Source: Candidatus Woesearchaeota archaeon (GTDB taxonomy: Archaea > Nanobdellota > Nanobdellia > SCGC-AAA011-G17 > JACPIM01). Taken from it: 64,000 nucleotides of DNA. This document shows, one piece after another, positions 17,787 to 27,823 of the stretch. The notes below the pieces were generated by a model. It saw only the letters and a program-made list of their open reading frames with translations. It was not told the origin of the DNA and made no database searches. The DNA is taken from positions 181 through 64,180 of the forward strand of contig JACPIM010000003.1 in assembly GCA_016188045.1 (NCBI GenBank), given 5' to 3'. The first letter of the stretch is position 1, and every line of letters starts with the position of its first letter. Position numbers and translations under genes: made by a program.

Positions 17787-18635
17787 TCAAATAAAAGGAT
17801 TGCCAAAAATTAAGGCTATTATTGTTCCTATTAAAAAAGGCGGAACAAATGGGATGCCTTCCTTTACTAAAACCTTTTTAACTCCCAATTTTATTAAATG
17901 GTCTATATCTTTTTTTTCTATACCTAATTCTTTTTTATGAAAAACAATTTCGTTTTTGAGTTTAATGTCTTTAGCTATCCAATCCCCTTCAACCAGTTTT
18001 TCAGTTTCCTTATACATATAAAAATGAATATTTTCCAGTGCTTTAATTGCTATGAATAAATAAGGATAAATCAATAACAAAAGAGCTAATATTATTGAAG
18101 CAAGTTTAAAATTGCCTAAATAAAACGAAAATAAGACTAAAGAAATACTTAAAATTAAAGTTAATATTTTTATTATCTTATAATTTTGAGAATTTAGTTT
18201 TGAGAATTCTTCCTTAAAACTTTTAGGATTTTTAAATATTAAGATTATTGACCAGATGAAGCCATACAGAGAACCGATTATAAAGATTAGAACTATTAAA
18301 GTTAGTAAAAAAGGTAGATATGAGTTTTCTAAATAAAATGGTTTAGTTGCCAATGTTGCGCCTAGGCCCATTGCTAGTTTTGCATCTCCACCGCCCCATT
18401 GTTTTAGATGATATAAAATATTGCCTAGTAAAAACATAGAGCCAAAACCTATTAAACCATAGATAAAATAGTAAAAATCTGAGAAAATTAATGAATAGAT
18501 TAACCTCACTGATAAGCCTGAAAAAATTAAAGCATAGCTTATCCAATCTGGAACTTCTTTTGCTTTAATATCTGTTATTGTAGAAGAGATTAAAGCTGCC
18601 ATTGTTGCTGCAATTAAAAAAATATCACCAATCAT
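17787..18635 (-). CDS. Prepilin peptidase (A24 family)
   Basis: TDIKAKEVPD, WGGGDAKL, multiple TM segments, GIPFVPPF. Confidence 0.9.
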   Translation of the reverse strand: MIGDIFLIAATMAALISSTITDIKAKEVPDWISYALIFSGLSVRLIYSLIFSDFYYFIYGLIGFGSMFLLGNILYHLKQWGGGDAKLAMGLGATLATKPFYLENSYLPFLLTLIVLIFIIGSLYGFIWSIILIFKNPKSFKEEFSKLNSQNYKIIKILTLILSISLVLFSFYLGNFKLASIILALLLLIYPYLFIAIKALENIHFYMYKETEKLVEGDWIAKDIKLKNEIVFHKKELGIEKKDIDHLIKLGVKKVLVKEGIPFVPPFLIGTIIALIFGNPFI

Positions 18636-18691
18636 TATGTCTTTTTACTTATTAGGTAGATTTATAAATTTTTTTGAGATGTAGGATAGAA

Positions 18692-19777
18692 ATGATATCT
18701 ATTATTGGGGCTGGACCAAGCGGAAGTTATTTAGCCTATTTGCTGGCTAAGAAAGGAGAGAAAGTTAGGTTATTTGAAGAGCACAAAGTAATCGGAAAAC
18801 CAGTTCAATGCACTGGAATAATAACTAGTTCTGTTGAAGATTTAATCAAAATTAAAAAAGACATACTAGTTAATAAATTTTATCTTGTTAGGGTTTATAG
18901 TCCTGATGGAGAATTTGTTGATGTGAAACTTAAGGGAGACAATATATTTGACAGGGCTAAATTTGATCAGTATTTAGCTGAAATGGCTGTTGATAAGGGA
19001 GCCGAGATTTGTTTAGGTGAAAAGTATTTAGATTTTAAAAATAATGAAATAATAACCAATAAAAGAAAAAGTAAAACTGATTTTTTAGTTGGAGCTGATG
19101 GGCCTTTGAGTGCTGTTGCCAAGACTAATGGATTGTTCATTAATAGAAAATTTGTTACAGGATTACAGGCAAGGATTAAAGCTAAAGTTAGTGATGATCA
19201 TTATGAAGTTTATTTAGGCAAGGGTTATTTTGGGTGGAGTGTTCCTGAAGATTCTAATGTTACTAGGCTGGGATTTATAGCTAATTTTAATCCTAAAAGC
19301 TTATTCGAGAGTTATTTGAAAAAAATGAATGGAGCAATAGTGGAATATCAATCTGGGATAATTCCTGTTTATGATAATAAAGTTATAACTAGTAAAGAAA
19401 GAGCCTTTCTTGGAAAGAAACCTTTAGGAAAGAAAAACGTGTTTTTAACTGGAGATGCAGCGACGTTTGTTAAAGCCACGACTTATGGCGGGATACTGCA
19501 GGGAATGTTAGCAAGTGAAGAATTATGCAAGGCTATACTAGAAGATGAAAATTATGATAAATTATGGAGAAAAAGAATTGGAAAAGATTTATGGTTGCAT
19601 TTGAAATTAAGAAATAAATTAGATAAAATGGATGATGAAAAATATAATGAATTAATCAAATTAGTAAAAAAAGAAAAAATAAGAAAAATATTAAATGAAT
19701 ATGATAGGGACTTTGTTTCTAAGATGGTAATTAGTCTTATCTTAAAAGAACCTAGATTTTTGAAGTTTGTTTTGTAA
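18692..19777 (+). CDS. Geranylgeranyl reductase-family FAD oxidoreductase
   Basis: IIGAGPSGS, QCTG, DRAKFD, VGADG, LTGDAA; contains a 12-aa repeat-derived segment. Confidence 0.88.
   Translation: MISIIGAGPSGSYLAYLLAKKGEKVRLFEEHKVIGKPVQCTGIITSSVEDLIKIKKDILVNKFYLVRVYSPDGEFVDVKLKGDNIFDRAKFDQYLAEMAVDKGAEICLGEKYLDFKNNEIITNKRKSKTDFLVGADGPLSAVAKTNGLFINRKFVTGLQARIKAKVSDDHYEVYLGKGYFGWSVPEDSNVTRLGFIANFNPKSLFESYLKKMNGAIVEYQSGIIPVYDNKVITSKERAFLGKKPLGKKNVFLTGDAATFVKATTYGGILQGMLASEELCKAILEDENYDKLWRKRIGKDLWLHLKLRNKLDKMDDEKYNELIKLVKKEKIRKILNEYDRDFVSKMVISLILKEPRFLKFVL
19400..19435 (+). repeat. Dispersed repeat family B (other copies 21555-21591, 22757-22792, 41903-41940, 63800-63832)
   Basis: Approximate consensus GCYTTTCTT-n-AAGAAA-n-TT(n)GGAAAGAAA. 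Confidence 0.6.
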
Positions 19778-19845
19778 CTATTTTATGGTAGTTAAACATA
19801 GAAAGATTTATAAACAAGTTATTTTTGTTACTGGACGTGATAAAA

Positions 19846-20307
19846 ATGGCATCTATTGATGATAAAGTGATTGATGGAGAAAGCATAGCTTATACAGCTG
19901 GTGGTGCTGCTGTTGGTGTTGGTTTAGATCTAGTTGGTATTGTAGATAAGCTTGCAGAGAGATTTTACGATGCTACTAATTTAGTTGTTACACAATATGA
20001 TGCTTTAGCTCCAAGTTTTTATAATAGCGCTAATTATTTTGGATTTGATTTAGGTTTTTTCGGTGCCGCTTTCTCAGCTATGGCTAATAAACCTAAAGGA
20101 ATTTTATATTCTTGGTTAGCTTCTGGTGCTTATTTGTTAGGTAGTGCTGCACTAGATTATGGTGCTGGTTATTCTGTTGGAAGTTTAGGTAGTGTTCTTG
20201 CTGCTAGTGTGGTGGCTAGTGGTGGTTATGTTGGATTAGGTTTAGCTGCCGGTTATCTATTAAGGGCAGCATGGAAAGGATTAAAGAGCATATTCAAGAG
20301 AGGGTAA
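19846..20307 (+). CDS. Hypothetical membrane protein
   Basis: Several Gly/Ala-rich hydrophobic helices. Confidence 0.6.
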   Translation: MASIDDKVIDGESIAYTAGGAAVGVGLDLVGIVDKLAERFYDATNLVVTQYDALAPSFYNSANYFGFDLGFFGAAFSAMANKPKGILYSWLASGAYLLGSAALDYGAGYSVGSLGSVLAASVVASGGYVGLGLAAGYLLRAAWKGLKSIFKRG

Positions 20308-20328
20308 TCTTTATATATAAATAAAAAG

Positions 20329-21555
20329 ATGTTATTATTTATGAAATCGAAAAGAGGGGCAGCTCCTGAAAGTGCTACAGCATCTGTTGCAACATTAATT
20401 CTTTTAATATTGTTATTCTTATTAGCTTATTTGGTTTTATTGCCTAAAGAGGCAAGAGAAGATGTTTTAGAAGGAAGGAATATTAGTTTTGATGATTTCA
20501 ATGGTAATGGAGATGACAACGGAGATAATGGTGATGTAGACAAAGAAGTGTTATTGTTAAGAGAGCCGGGGGTTGTATTGCCTCCAGGAAAAAATGAAGT
20601 TAAAAAAGATTTTGCTTCTATAAACTTGATGGAGAGTTCTCAAAGAAGCGCCAGAAAATTAGCTGACAGAATAACTGTTACAAGGACGCTATTTAATAAT
20701 AATTATAAGGATGTTGATTTTGAAATTAAAGATGATAATTTAGAAGATTTGAACTTATTTTTTAATGTTGTTGAACAAAAAGGTGGTTTAATAATAGAAT
20801 TAAATGGAAGAGTTATTTTTGAAGGAGTTTTCGATATTAATGATTTACCTATCAAACTGCCTGTCGATGATTTAAGCAGAGTAAATAAATTAAGGTTTAT
20901 GGCTGAGAATCCTGGCTGGGCGTTGTTAAGTACTAATAAATATGTAATCAGGGACATAGATTTGATTAAGGAGTCTAGCGTTGTGAATAAACAGGAGTTA
21001 AGAAAATTTGAAATTGCGAGAGCTGAGGCCATAAGTGATGCTAAACTTGAATTTTTTGTAAACTGCATTGAAATTAACAGAGATCAAGGTATTTTGAAAG
21101 TGTTTATGAATAGGAGAAATGTGTTCTTAAGTAAAGTTGTTTGTGATGCTTCTCAGATGAGTTTTGACGTACCAGATGATTATTTTAACGATGGAACTAA
21201 TTATTTGACTTTTGAAATTGATAAAGGAAATTATGTAATTGAACAAATAAGATTAAAATATAAATTTGATGAAGGGTTTAATCCACAGTATTTTTTCACT
21301 ATTGATGAAGATCAATTTGATGATATAAAAAAAGAAGATGCTAAAGTTAAATTGAAACTGAGATTTGATAATGATGAAGACAGGAAAAGAGCTGAAATCA
21401 GAGTTAATTCTGGGACTGTTTTTTTAGACCAAAATGATGATAAGTTTGAGAAAGATATTAGCAAGCATATAGAAGAAGGAGAGAATTTCATTAAAATCTT
21501 TGCTAAAGATGAGTTTAATATTGTTTTATTAGAAGTTGATTTTATTAAGGAATAG
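20329..21555 (+). CDS. Secreted protein with class III (pilin-like) signal
   Basis: KSKRG followed by a hydrophobic helix; beta-rich body. Confidence 0.65.
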   Translation: MLLFMKSKRGAAPESATASVATLILLILLFLLAYLVLLPKEAREDVLEGRNISFDDFNGNGDDNGDNGDVDKEVLLLREPGVVLPPGKNEVKKDFASINLMESSQRSARKLADRITVTRTLFNNNYKDVDFEIKDDNLEDLNLFFNVVEQKGGLIIELNGRVIFEGVFDINDLPIKLPVDDLSRVNKLRFMAENPGWALLSTNKYVIRDIDLIKESSVVNKQELRKFEIARAEAISDAKLEFFVNCIEINRDQGILKVFMNRRNVFLSKVVCDASQMSFDVPDDYFNDGTNYLTFEIDKGNYVIEQIRLKYKFDEGFNPQYFFTIDEDQFDDIKKEDAKVKLKLRFDNDEDRKRAEIRVNSGTVFLDQNDDKFEKDISKHIEEGENFIKIFAKDEFNIVLLEVDFIKE

Positions 21556-21631
21556 GGTTTTTTCTTAAAATAAAAACTTTGGAAAAAGAAATTTCGAAAA
21601 GTTTTTAAATAGTACGTACTTAATACGTATT

Positions 21632-22399
21632 ATGAGATTTATTCATAAGGTTTCTAAAGGTAGCAAATTTAATCAGATTTACATACCAAAGGAAATGGAA
21701 AATGTATTTGGGATTGGAGATATAGTTGAAGTAAGACTTTTAGAGAAAAGTTTGAAGTTATGTTATTCTAAGAACTTATTGAAGCTTACAGAATTTAAAG
21801 AGAAGCTGATTAGGGAAATATTTTCATTTTTGAGTAAATTTAAAGAAATAGAACAAATATTTGTGGTAGGTTCTTTTTTAATCCGGAAAATAGAGTATAA
21901 TGATATTGATATAGTAGTAATAACTGATAATAAAAAACTTGAAGAAACAGTTTATAATAAATTAGTTGACAGATTTAATCTGAAGTTTCATATAATTTCT
22001 ATTTCGAAAAAGAATTTGAGTAGTTTAGAACAGATTTGTCCTTTAACTAGAAGTATGTTTCATTATAATATTTCTAATAAAGAGTTTAATCTTTCTTTAG
22101 ATAAAAAAATAGATAAAAAACATATTGAATTTCTTTTAATGATGCCAGAAGATATATTAGAAATAAATGTTAATAGTAGAGTTTTTTATGATAATATGAG
22201 AAGGTTAATAACTATTGAGGGGTTTTTAGAAGGGAAAGATGAAGACCCTATCAAAGTAGATAGCGAATTGAAAGTATTAATTGGTGAACTTTTGTTTAAT
22301 TATGTTAAAAATAATGAAGGCTTAGATATAAAAGAGCTAAAAAAAGTAAGAGAAGTAATAAAAATGAAATTGGATAAAATAAAGAGATTATTAAAATGA
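21632..22399 (+). CDS. AbrB-like domain fused to a minimal nucleotidyltransferase
   Basis: KVSKGSKFNQIYIPK...GDIVEV; VGSF...NDIDIVV. Confidence 0.7.
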   Translation: MRFIHKVSKGSKFNQIYIPKEMENVFGIGDIVEVRLLEKSLKLCYSKNLLKLTEFKEKLIREIFSFLSKFKEIEQIFVVGSFLIRKIEYNDIDIVVITDNKKLEETVYNKLVDRFNLKFHIISISKKNLSSLEQICPLTRSMFHYNISNKEFNLSLDKKIDKKHIEFLLMMPEDILEINVNSRVFYDNMRRLITIEGFLEGKDEDPIKVDSELKVLIGELLFNYVKNNEGLDIKELKKVREVIKMKLDKIKRLLK

Positions 22400-22710
22400 A
22401 TAAAACAAAGATTATCCACGAGTTAACTAATTTGTTAGCTAGGGCTTTAAGGCATAAAATTGGTTTTATTGTTAATCCTAATGAAATTTATGCTCAGAAA
22501 TATGTCAAAGATTCTGAGATATTAATGAAAGAAGCTCAGAAAATTGCTATAAAGGAGAATTGGAATAGTTATGACAAGGTTAAGATTAAAGAAGAACTTA
22601 ACAGAAAATTGAAATTGGAACTAGAGAAAAAAGACTTTTTAGATAATAGAAAATTTGAGATTATGGATGATGAGGTTGGGAAGGCATTAAGTTTTTTGAG
22701 TTTGAAATGA
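22396..22710 (+). CDS. Helical hypothetical protein, partner of the nucleotidyltransferase
   Basis: ATGA overlap with the upstream gene. Confidence 0.65.
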   Translation: MNKTKIIHELTNLLARALRHKIGFIVNPNEIYAQKYVKDSEILMKEAQKIAIKENWNSYDKVKIKEELNRKLKLELEKKDFLDNRKFEIMDDEVGKALSFLSLK

Positions 22711-22831
22711 TTGTGAAAGTTTAAATATTAATTAATCAGTAATTTATAATTAAAATGCTCTTTCCTTGGAGAAGAAAGCCTTGGGAAAGAAAAGAGGAAG
22801 AAAATGAGATTAAAAGAAGAGGCGGAGTTTT

Positions 22832-25618
22832 ATGCTTGAAGACGATTCGGTATACTTGCCGCCTGAGTCATCTGAAAAAACAGAAGAAAAATCAATAAAA
22901 CCAGTTGGTGGTAAAAGTGGTCTTTCAAGTGTTACTAAGCAAGCGGCAAGAGTGCTTAGGACTAGAGAAAAGGCAGCAAAGCAGCAAATTATAGCACAAA
23001 GAGGTGCTGGTGGGGGGCCACCCAGCGCTCCATCACCACCATCTATGGGTGGGTCTAGAAATTGGAGATCTTCGTTGCCAGGAATTATATTGAGTATTAT
23101 TTTTTTAATTGGGGGATTTCTTTTAATGTGGTCTGGCATTATACGTTATTTAATAGGATCTGGTAATATACCACTTTCTGGTTATATTCTTGGGTTCATA
23201 GGTTTAATGGTAATTGTTGCTGTTTTATTGGCTTTAAGGAAAATTGGTCCAAGTAGATTGTTTGGTGCTGCTAGTGCTGGTTATAATAGAGTAGCACCTA
23301 AACGTAAAGGATTTTCATTGTTAATACTTGGGCTTTTTGTTGTTATAATCCTTATTGTATTCTTTTTTTTAGGTCCACTTAGTGGTCTCGGTGCAACTGG
23401 GTTGGTTATTCTTTTTTCACTATTAGGATTACTAATTCTTTCTTATGTAATCTTTTATGGAAGAAAAAGTAAACTCTTGACTAAAGAATTACATTTACCA
23501 AAATTTGGTCTTGGATGGATATTAGTTGGTGCAATAATCTTACTGCTTGGAATTTTAATATGGAAAAGTGGATTTTCATCAATATACATATACGGTGGTA
23601 TAGCACTAGTTTTGCTTTTTACTGGTTTATACTTTCTTTCTAGAAAAGATAAGAAATTTTTGGGCTGGAGTTTTATTATTATTTCAATTCTGGTCGTGTT
23701 TATAACATTTGCTCCTGCTTCTATCCTTAAAATACTACCATATAATCAATTAAAAACTTGGTTATTGTTAGGGTCATTATTTTTAACAATAGTCTTTTTG
23801 TTTAGTAAAAAATATAAGTTATTAGGGTTACTTTTTCTTTTAATAACAATAGGGATTTGGTATTTTGGAAGTGAAGGAGGTTCATTATTTTTAGAGAGTT
23901 TAGGAACCAAAGCACAAGTTGCCGGGGGGGAAAGTTTTTCGGCAAAATTAGGTAAATATTTGAATTATATAAAAAACCCAGAACAGTTTTTTGCAAGATA
24001 TGGTGAGTTTGGAAATCCAAATATTGAGAATAAAGCTCCTGTTGGATTAAAAATTGATAAATTTGAGCCTTTAATAAAGGAGTTTAGAAGTAATCAAGAT
24101 TTAAGGTTTACAGCAGAGGTAAAACATTATGCTCTACCAAAATTTAAAGAGGATGATAAGGTAAAATCACAGCTTGGTTTTCTTTGTTATATTCCTGAAG
24201 AGAAACATCAAACTGAAAAAGGCAGAACAATAGAACCAACTTTAGTGTCATATTTTGGCAATATAGATGTCAAACCTGGAAAAATCGCTAAAGTTCCATT
24301 TATCGAGGGAGGCATAGATAAAGGTACTCTCCAGGGGGCAATTTATGAGGAAAAAGGTCCTTCAACAGTATATAAAATCATATTAGAGAATGAGGATTTA
24401 TTTAAAAATTTCACTAAGTTTGTTACTTGTACTTTTAAAGCCGAAACTGTTCCTGCATTTTTAGATAAAGAAACTAGGAGAGCTTATTTAAATATAAGTT
24501 ATGAAAATTTTATAACAAGATCTGATATTTATGTTTATTTATTAGGGAAAGAAGTTTATGATAAAATAGAAGGTGGTGTTTTACAGGCTGGAGGTGATTT
24601 GGACACGGAATTCTTGTATCAATTAAGAAGCGCTGCAAGTTATCCCGGTTTAATTGATAATGAGAGAAGAACTATATCTGAATTTAGCAGTGGGCCTGTG
24701 TGGCTGCAAACTAATATTTTAGATCAACAGCCATTAAAATCTGGAAGTAACGATCAGTATACTTTGAGAGTAAAATCAATGCCAAATTCTGTAGATTGGA
24801 CTAATGCAATTAATATTAAAAATATCTATTTAGAAGTTCCATCTTGGTTTAGTCCTGTTGATAATAGATGTGATTTTAGTAGTGGAAGTGTTGAACCTAC
24901 AGGAACAAGTTCTTCAAAAACTAAAAGATTAGTGTTAAAAGATAAAAAAGAGTTGTTGCTTGGATGTGGGGGAAGTGGTGCTGGTTGTGGGTTTACTTGT
25001 GATTTTACTGTCGGTAGCGGAAATGAGCAAAATGTTCAGGAATATAGAATAAGTGCTTATCAAGTGACTGATTATACCATAAGTCAAGGAACTAGTTTCG
25101 ATTATGTAAAAAGCAGGACTACTGGAGTTATAACTGAGAATGAAAAAGCCGAAAATTTCCCTCCTGAATTTATGGATGGGTTAGCTACTAGCAGTAAAAA
25201 AGAAGATCTTGAGAGGTATGTTAGCATATGTACGCAAGGTAAAGATACTACTAATCTTTTATATACGGAAACAATAACCCTTTTAAAAAAGTATTGTGCT
25301 AAAATAAAAGAAGTTAATGATAAATTAAATTTAATTAATACAGTTACAGGAGCAGATACTGGTTCAACGTCACCAACAACACAACCAGTAGGAACAGGAA
25401 GCGAAGAGTTTAAAGCAGGGCAATTATTAATATCAAAAGAGCAACTTGACAGATTGCCTATTGAGAGCATCGTTGATGATTCTACATACATATCTTATAA
25501 AAAGGGTAATGATGGTTGGTATGTTACGAATATAAAAGAGATATTAATAAGAAAAGTTAGTACAGATGATATATGGGCTAATAAACCAATTAAAATATAC
25601 AGAGTGGGAACAATGTAG
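22832..25618 (+). CDS. Large polytopic membrane protein with extracellular domain
   Basis: About 10 TM segments followed by a Cys-containing soluble domain. Confidence 0.7.
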   Translation: MLEDDSVYLPPESSEKTEEKSIKPVGGKSGLSSVTKQAARVLRTREKAAKQQIIAQRGAGGGPPSAPSPPSMGGSRNWRSSLPGIILSIIFLIGGFLLMWSGIIRYLIGSGNIPLSGYILGFIGLMVIVAVLLALRKIGPSRLFGAASAGYNRVAPKRKGFSLLILGLFVVIILIVFFFLGPLSGLGATGLVILFSLLGLLILSYVIFYGRKSKLLTKELHLPKFGLGWILVGAIILLLGILIWKSGFSSIYIYGGIALVLLFTGLYFLSRKDKKFLGWSFIIISILVVFITFAPASILKILPYNQLKTWLLLGSLFLTIVFLFSKKYKLLGLLFLLITIGIWYFGSEGGSLFLESLGTKAQVAGGESFSAKLGKYLNYIKNPEQFFARYGEFGNPNIENKAPVGLKIDKFEPLIKEFRSNQDLRFTAEVKHYALPKFKEDDKVKSQLGFLCYIPEEKHQTEKGRTIEPTLVSYFGNIDVKPGKIAKVPFIEGGIDKGTLQGAIYEEKGPSTVYKIILENEDLFKNFTKFVTCTFKAETVPAFLDKETRRAYLNISYENFITRSDIYVYLLGKEVYDKIEGGVLQAGGDLDTEFLYQLRSAASYPGLIDNERRTISEFSSGPVWLQTNILDQQPLKSGSNDQYTLRVKSMPNSVDWTNAINIKNIYLEVPSWFSPVDNRCDFSSGSVEPTGTSSSKTKRLVLKDKKELLLGCGGSGAGCGFTCDFTVGSGNEQNVQEYRISAYQVTDYTISQGTSFDYVKSRTTGVITENEKAENFPPEFMDGLATSSKKEDLERYVSICTQGKDTTNLLYTETITLLKKYCAKIKEVNDKLNLINTVTGADTGSTSPTTQPVGTGSEEFKAGQLLISKEQLDRLPIESIVDDSTYISYKKGNDGWYVTNIKEILIRKVSTDDIWANKPIKIYRVGTM

Positions 25619-25740
25619 AAGTTGCTGAAGCAATAACCTAATCAGAAAGAATGGTGGTTAGAGGATGTTACTGAGATACATATTTTAAAAAGATAACAAA
25701 ATAATTTAAATAACAAAATTATTAATAAAATAAAAAAGAG

Positions 25741-26784
25741 ATGAAAAAAATAAAAATTATACTGCTTTTAGTATTAATCTTAACTTTGTTAGTTGGATGT
25801 ACTAGTTTGCCTGGCTTGTCTTTTTTAGGTGGAAAACAGGATAAACCTGTAATAGGCAGAGGAATAAAAATGTATTTTATGCCTGGAGCTCCACCTACAG
25901 ATAAATTATTGATAGGTCAAGATTCAATTGCCTTAGTTAGAGTTGCAATTGAGAATTATGGGCCTGGTCTGAATGGAAATTTAAAATTTTGGGATAGTGT
26001 TCCTGGTGGTATAGAAGGGGATCGAGGAGTAGTTAGCGTTGGTGTAACTCTTAAAAATGGGGATACGATTCCAGATCAGAATACCGGTCAGATAATCAAG
26101 ATTGATCCTGATAGGGTTTTTTGTTCTCCTGATAGTGGAAGTTGTTCTTCAGATAATCCGAGTGGTACTGGAGAAGTTCAATATAATTTACAAAAGTTGA
26201 ACATTGTACCGGGTATGAAATTAAATGTTTTTGCTGAATTGGTTATAGATGATTACAACGTTGGAGGTGTTTGTGACCCTCGTGATGTAGGCAGTCAAAA
26301 TTCTGGGATACAAACTACTTTTTGTTTGAAAAGAGAAGCGGATACTAATGTTCCTTGTTCAAATCAAGAGATTATAACCTCAAGTAAATTAGGACAAGTT
26401 GCAAGTTATGTTCCTGTTACGGTTGATAGAATTGAAAAAACCGCAACACCAATAAGTAATGATCGTTTTTTTGTTACCTTGAAAATTGTTTTAAAAAATT
26501 TAGGTGGAGGTGAAATCGTTGATGATCTAACTGGTAAAAAGGATTTTTTAAAAAACTTTAAAATTTTAGTTGATGGTACTGATGCTGATAGGGTTTGTTC
26601 CCCAAATGCTGGTCAATTAGTATTTAATAATAACGAAGCAGTAATAAATTGTGCCATAAAAGATCTTACAGCTGGTCAAAGTTTTACTGATCATACTTTG
26701 AAGATATGTTATAGTTTTCCTTATAGACTTAGGATAAAAGCAGGACCAATACCTTTATCAGTGATAGAAAACAAGCAAGTTTAA
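25741..26784 (+). CDS. Lipoprotein (unknown function)
   Basis: Signal peptide with LLVGC lipobox. Confidence 0.75.
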   Translation: MKKIKIILLLVLILTLLVGCTSLPGLSFLGGKQDKPVIGRGIKMYFMPGAPPTDKLLIGQDSIALVRVAIENYGPGLNGNLKFWDSVPGGIEGDRGVVSVGVTLKNGDTIPDQNTGQIIKIDPDRVFCSPDSGSCSSDNPSGTGEVQYNLQKLNIVPGMKLNVFAELVIDDYNVGGVCDPRDVGSQNSGIQTTFCLKREADTNVPCSNQEIITSSKLGQVASYVPVTVDRIEKTATPISNDRFFVTLKIVLKNLGGGEIVDDLTGKKDFLKNFKILVDGTDADRVCSPNAGQLVFNNNEAVINCAIKDLTAGQSFTDHTLKICYSFPYRLRIKAGPIPLSVIENKQV

Positions 26785-26839
26785 AATAATTAACTTTAAA
26801 TATAAGAAAGTACTTGGATTTAATATTGAAAGGAGGGAT

Positions 26840-27790
26840 ATGTTGATGAAAAAGAGGATACTATTCATTTTTTTACTAGCTTTAATGCTTTTAATTGTTG
26901 GTTGTGCTCAAAAAGCAGAAACCCCTACTGGTCCGTTTGTTGGCGGAGAAAATGGGTTGGAAATTGGCTATGTAAGTGGTGAACCTCCTGAGAGTGTATT
27001 TGATAATAATCAAGAAGATTTTGACATTACTGTTAAAGTTGAAAACGTTGGTGAATTTGATATCCCTGCCAATAAAGTTATAGCTACTTTAAGCGGAATT
27101 AGTGCGCCAGATTTTAGTATTTCTAATCCAAATATAATTTTAAAAAATCCTTTAGAAGGAACACATAAAGTAAATAGTGAAATTATTAAAGGAGATGAGG
27201 ATGAATTAAGATTTGAGAATGCAAAGTATAAGCATGATTTGGTTGCTGATTTTAGTACTTCTGTTAGGACAGATATTTGCTATCTGTATGAAACAAAAAC
27301 AACAACTAAGGCTTGTTTGAAAAGAAAAGCTACTCAAAGAGATATAGATGATGCCTGTCAAGTTAATAATGATAATATAAGAGTTGACAATTCCGGAGCA
27401 CCAATACAAATAAGCGGTGTTAGAGAAAGAAGTGCAGGAACTAATGAAGTACAATTAACATTTACTGTAGAAAATAGAGGAAGCGGCATTACTTATCCAC
27501 CAGATACATTTACAAATACCTGTGTAAGAAAGAAAGATAAAGAGGACAGATTAAAAATAGAAGTTAGAACTGGATCTAACAGGCATACTGTTAAATGTGC
27601 TCAGTTAAATGATGGAGCTACTGGGGAGATTAAGTTAAGTGAGAACAAAAGACCATTAAGATGTACTATTAGTACTAATAATGCTCCTGAGGGTGGTGGC
27701 GCATTTGAAGAGCCGATTAATATTATAGCGAGTTATTTTTATAAAAATGCTATAACAACGCCTTTAGATGTACAAGATTCAGAAGAATAA
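26840..27790 (+). CDS. Lipoprotein (unknown function)
   Basis: Signal peptide with IVGC lipobox. Confidence 0.75.
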   Translation: MLMKKRILFIFLLALMLLIVGCAQKAETPTGPFVGGENGLEIGYVSGEPPESVFDNNQEDFDITVKVENVGEFDIPANKVIATLSGISAPDFSISNPNIILKNPLEGTHKVNSEIIKGDEDELRFENAKYKHDLVADFSTSVRTDICYLYETKTTTKACLKRKATQRDIDDACQVNNDNIRVDNSGAPIQISGVRERSAGTNEVQLTFTVENRGSGITYPPDTFTNTCVRKKDKEDRLKIEVRTGSNRHTVKCAQLNDGATGEIKLSENKRPLRCTISTNNAPEGGGAFEEPINIIASYFYKNAITTPLDVQDSEE

Positions 27791-27823
27791 TACTTTTAAA
27801 TTCTTTTTTATATCTTTTATTTA

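Noticed and set aside
25619-25700. Possible frameshifted continuation of the 928-aa protein (QKEWWLEDVTEIHILKR*)
   Set aside because: Too short and the similarity too weak to support.
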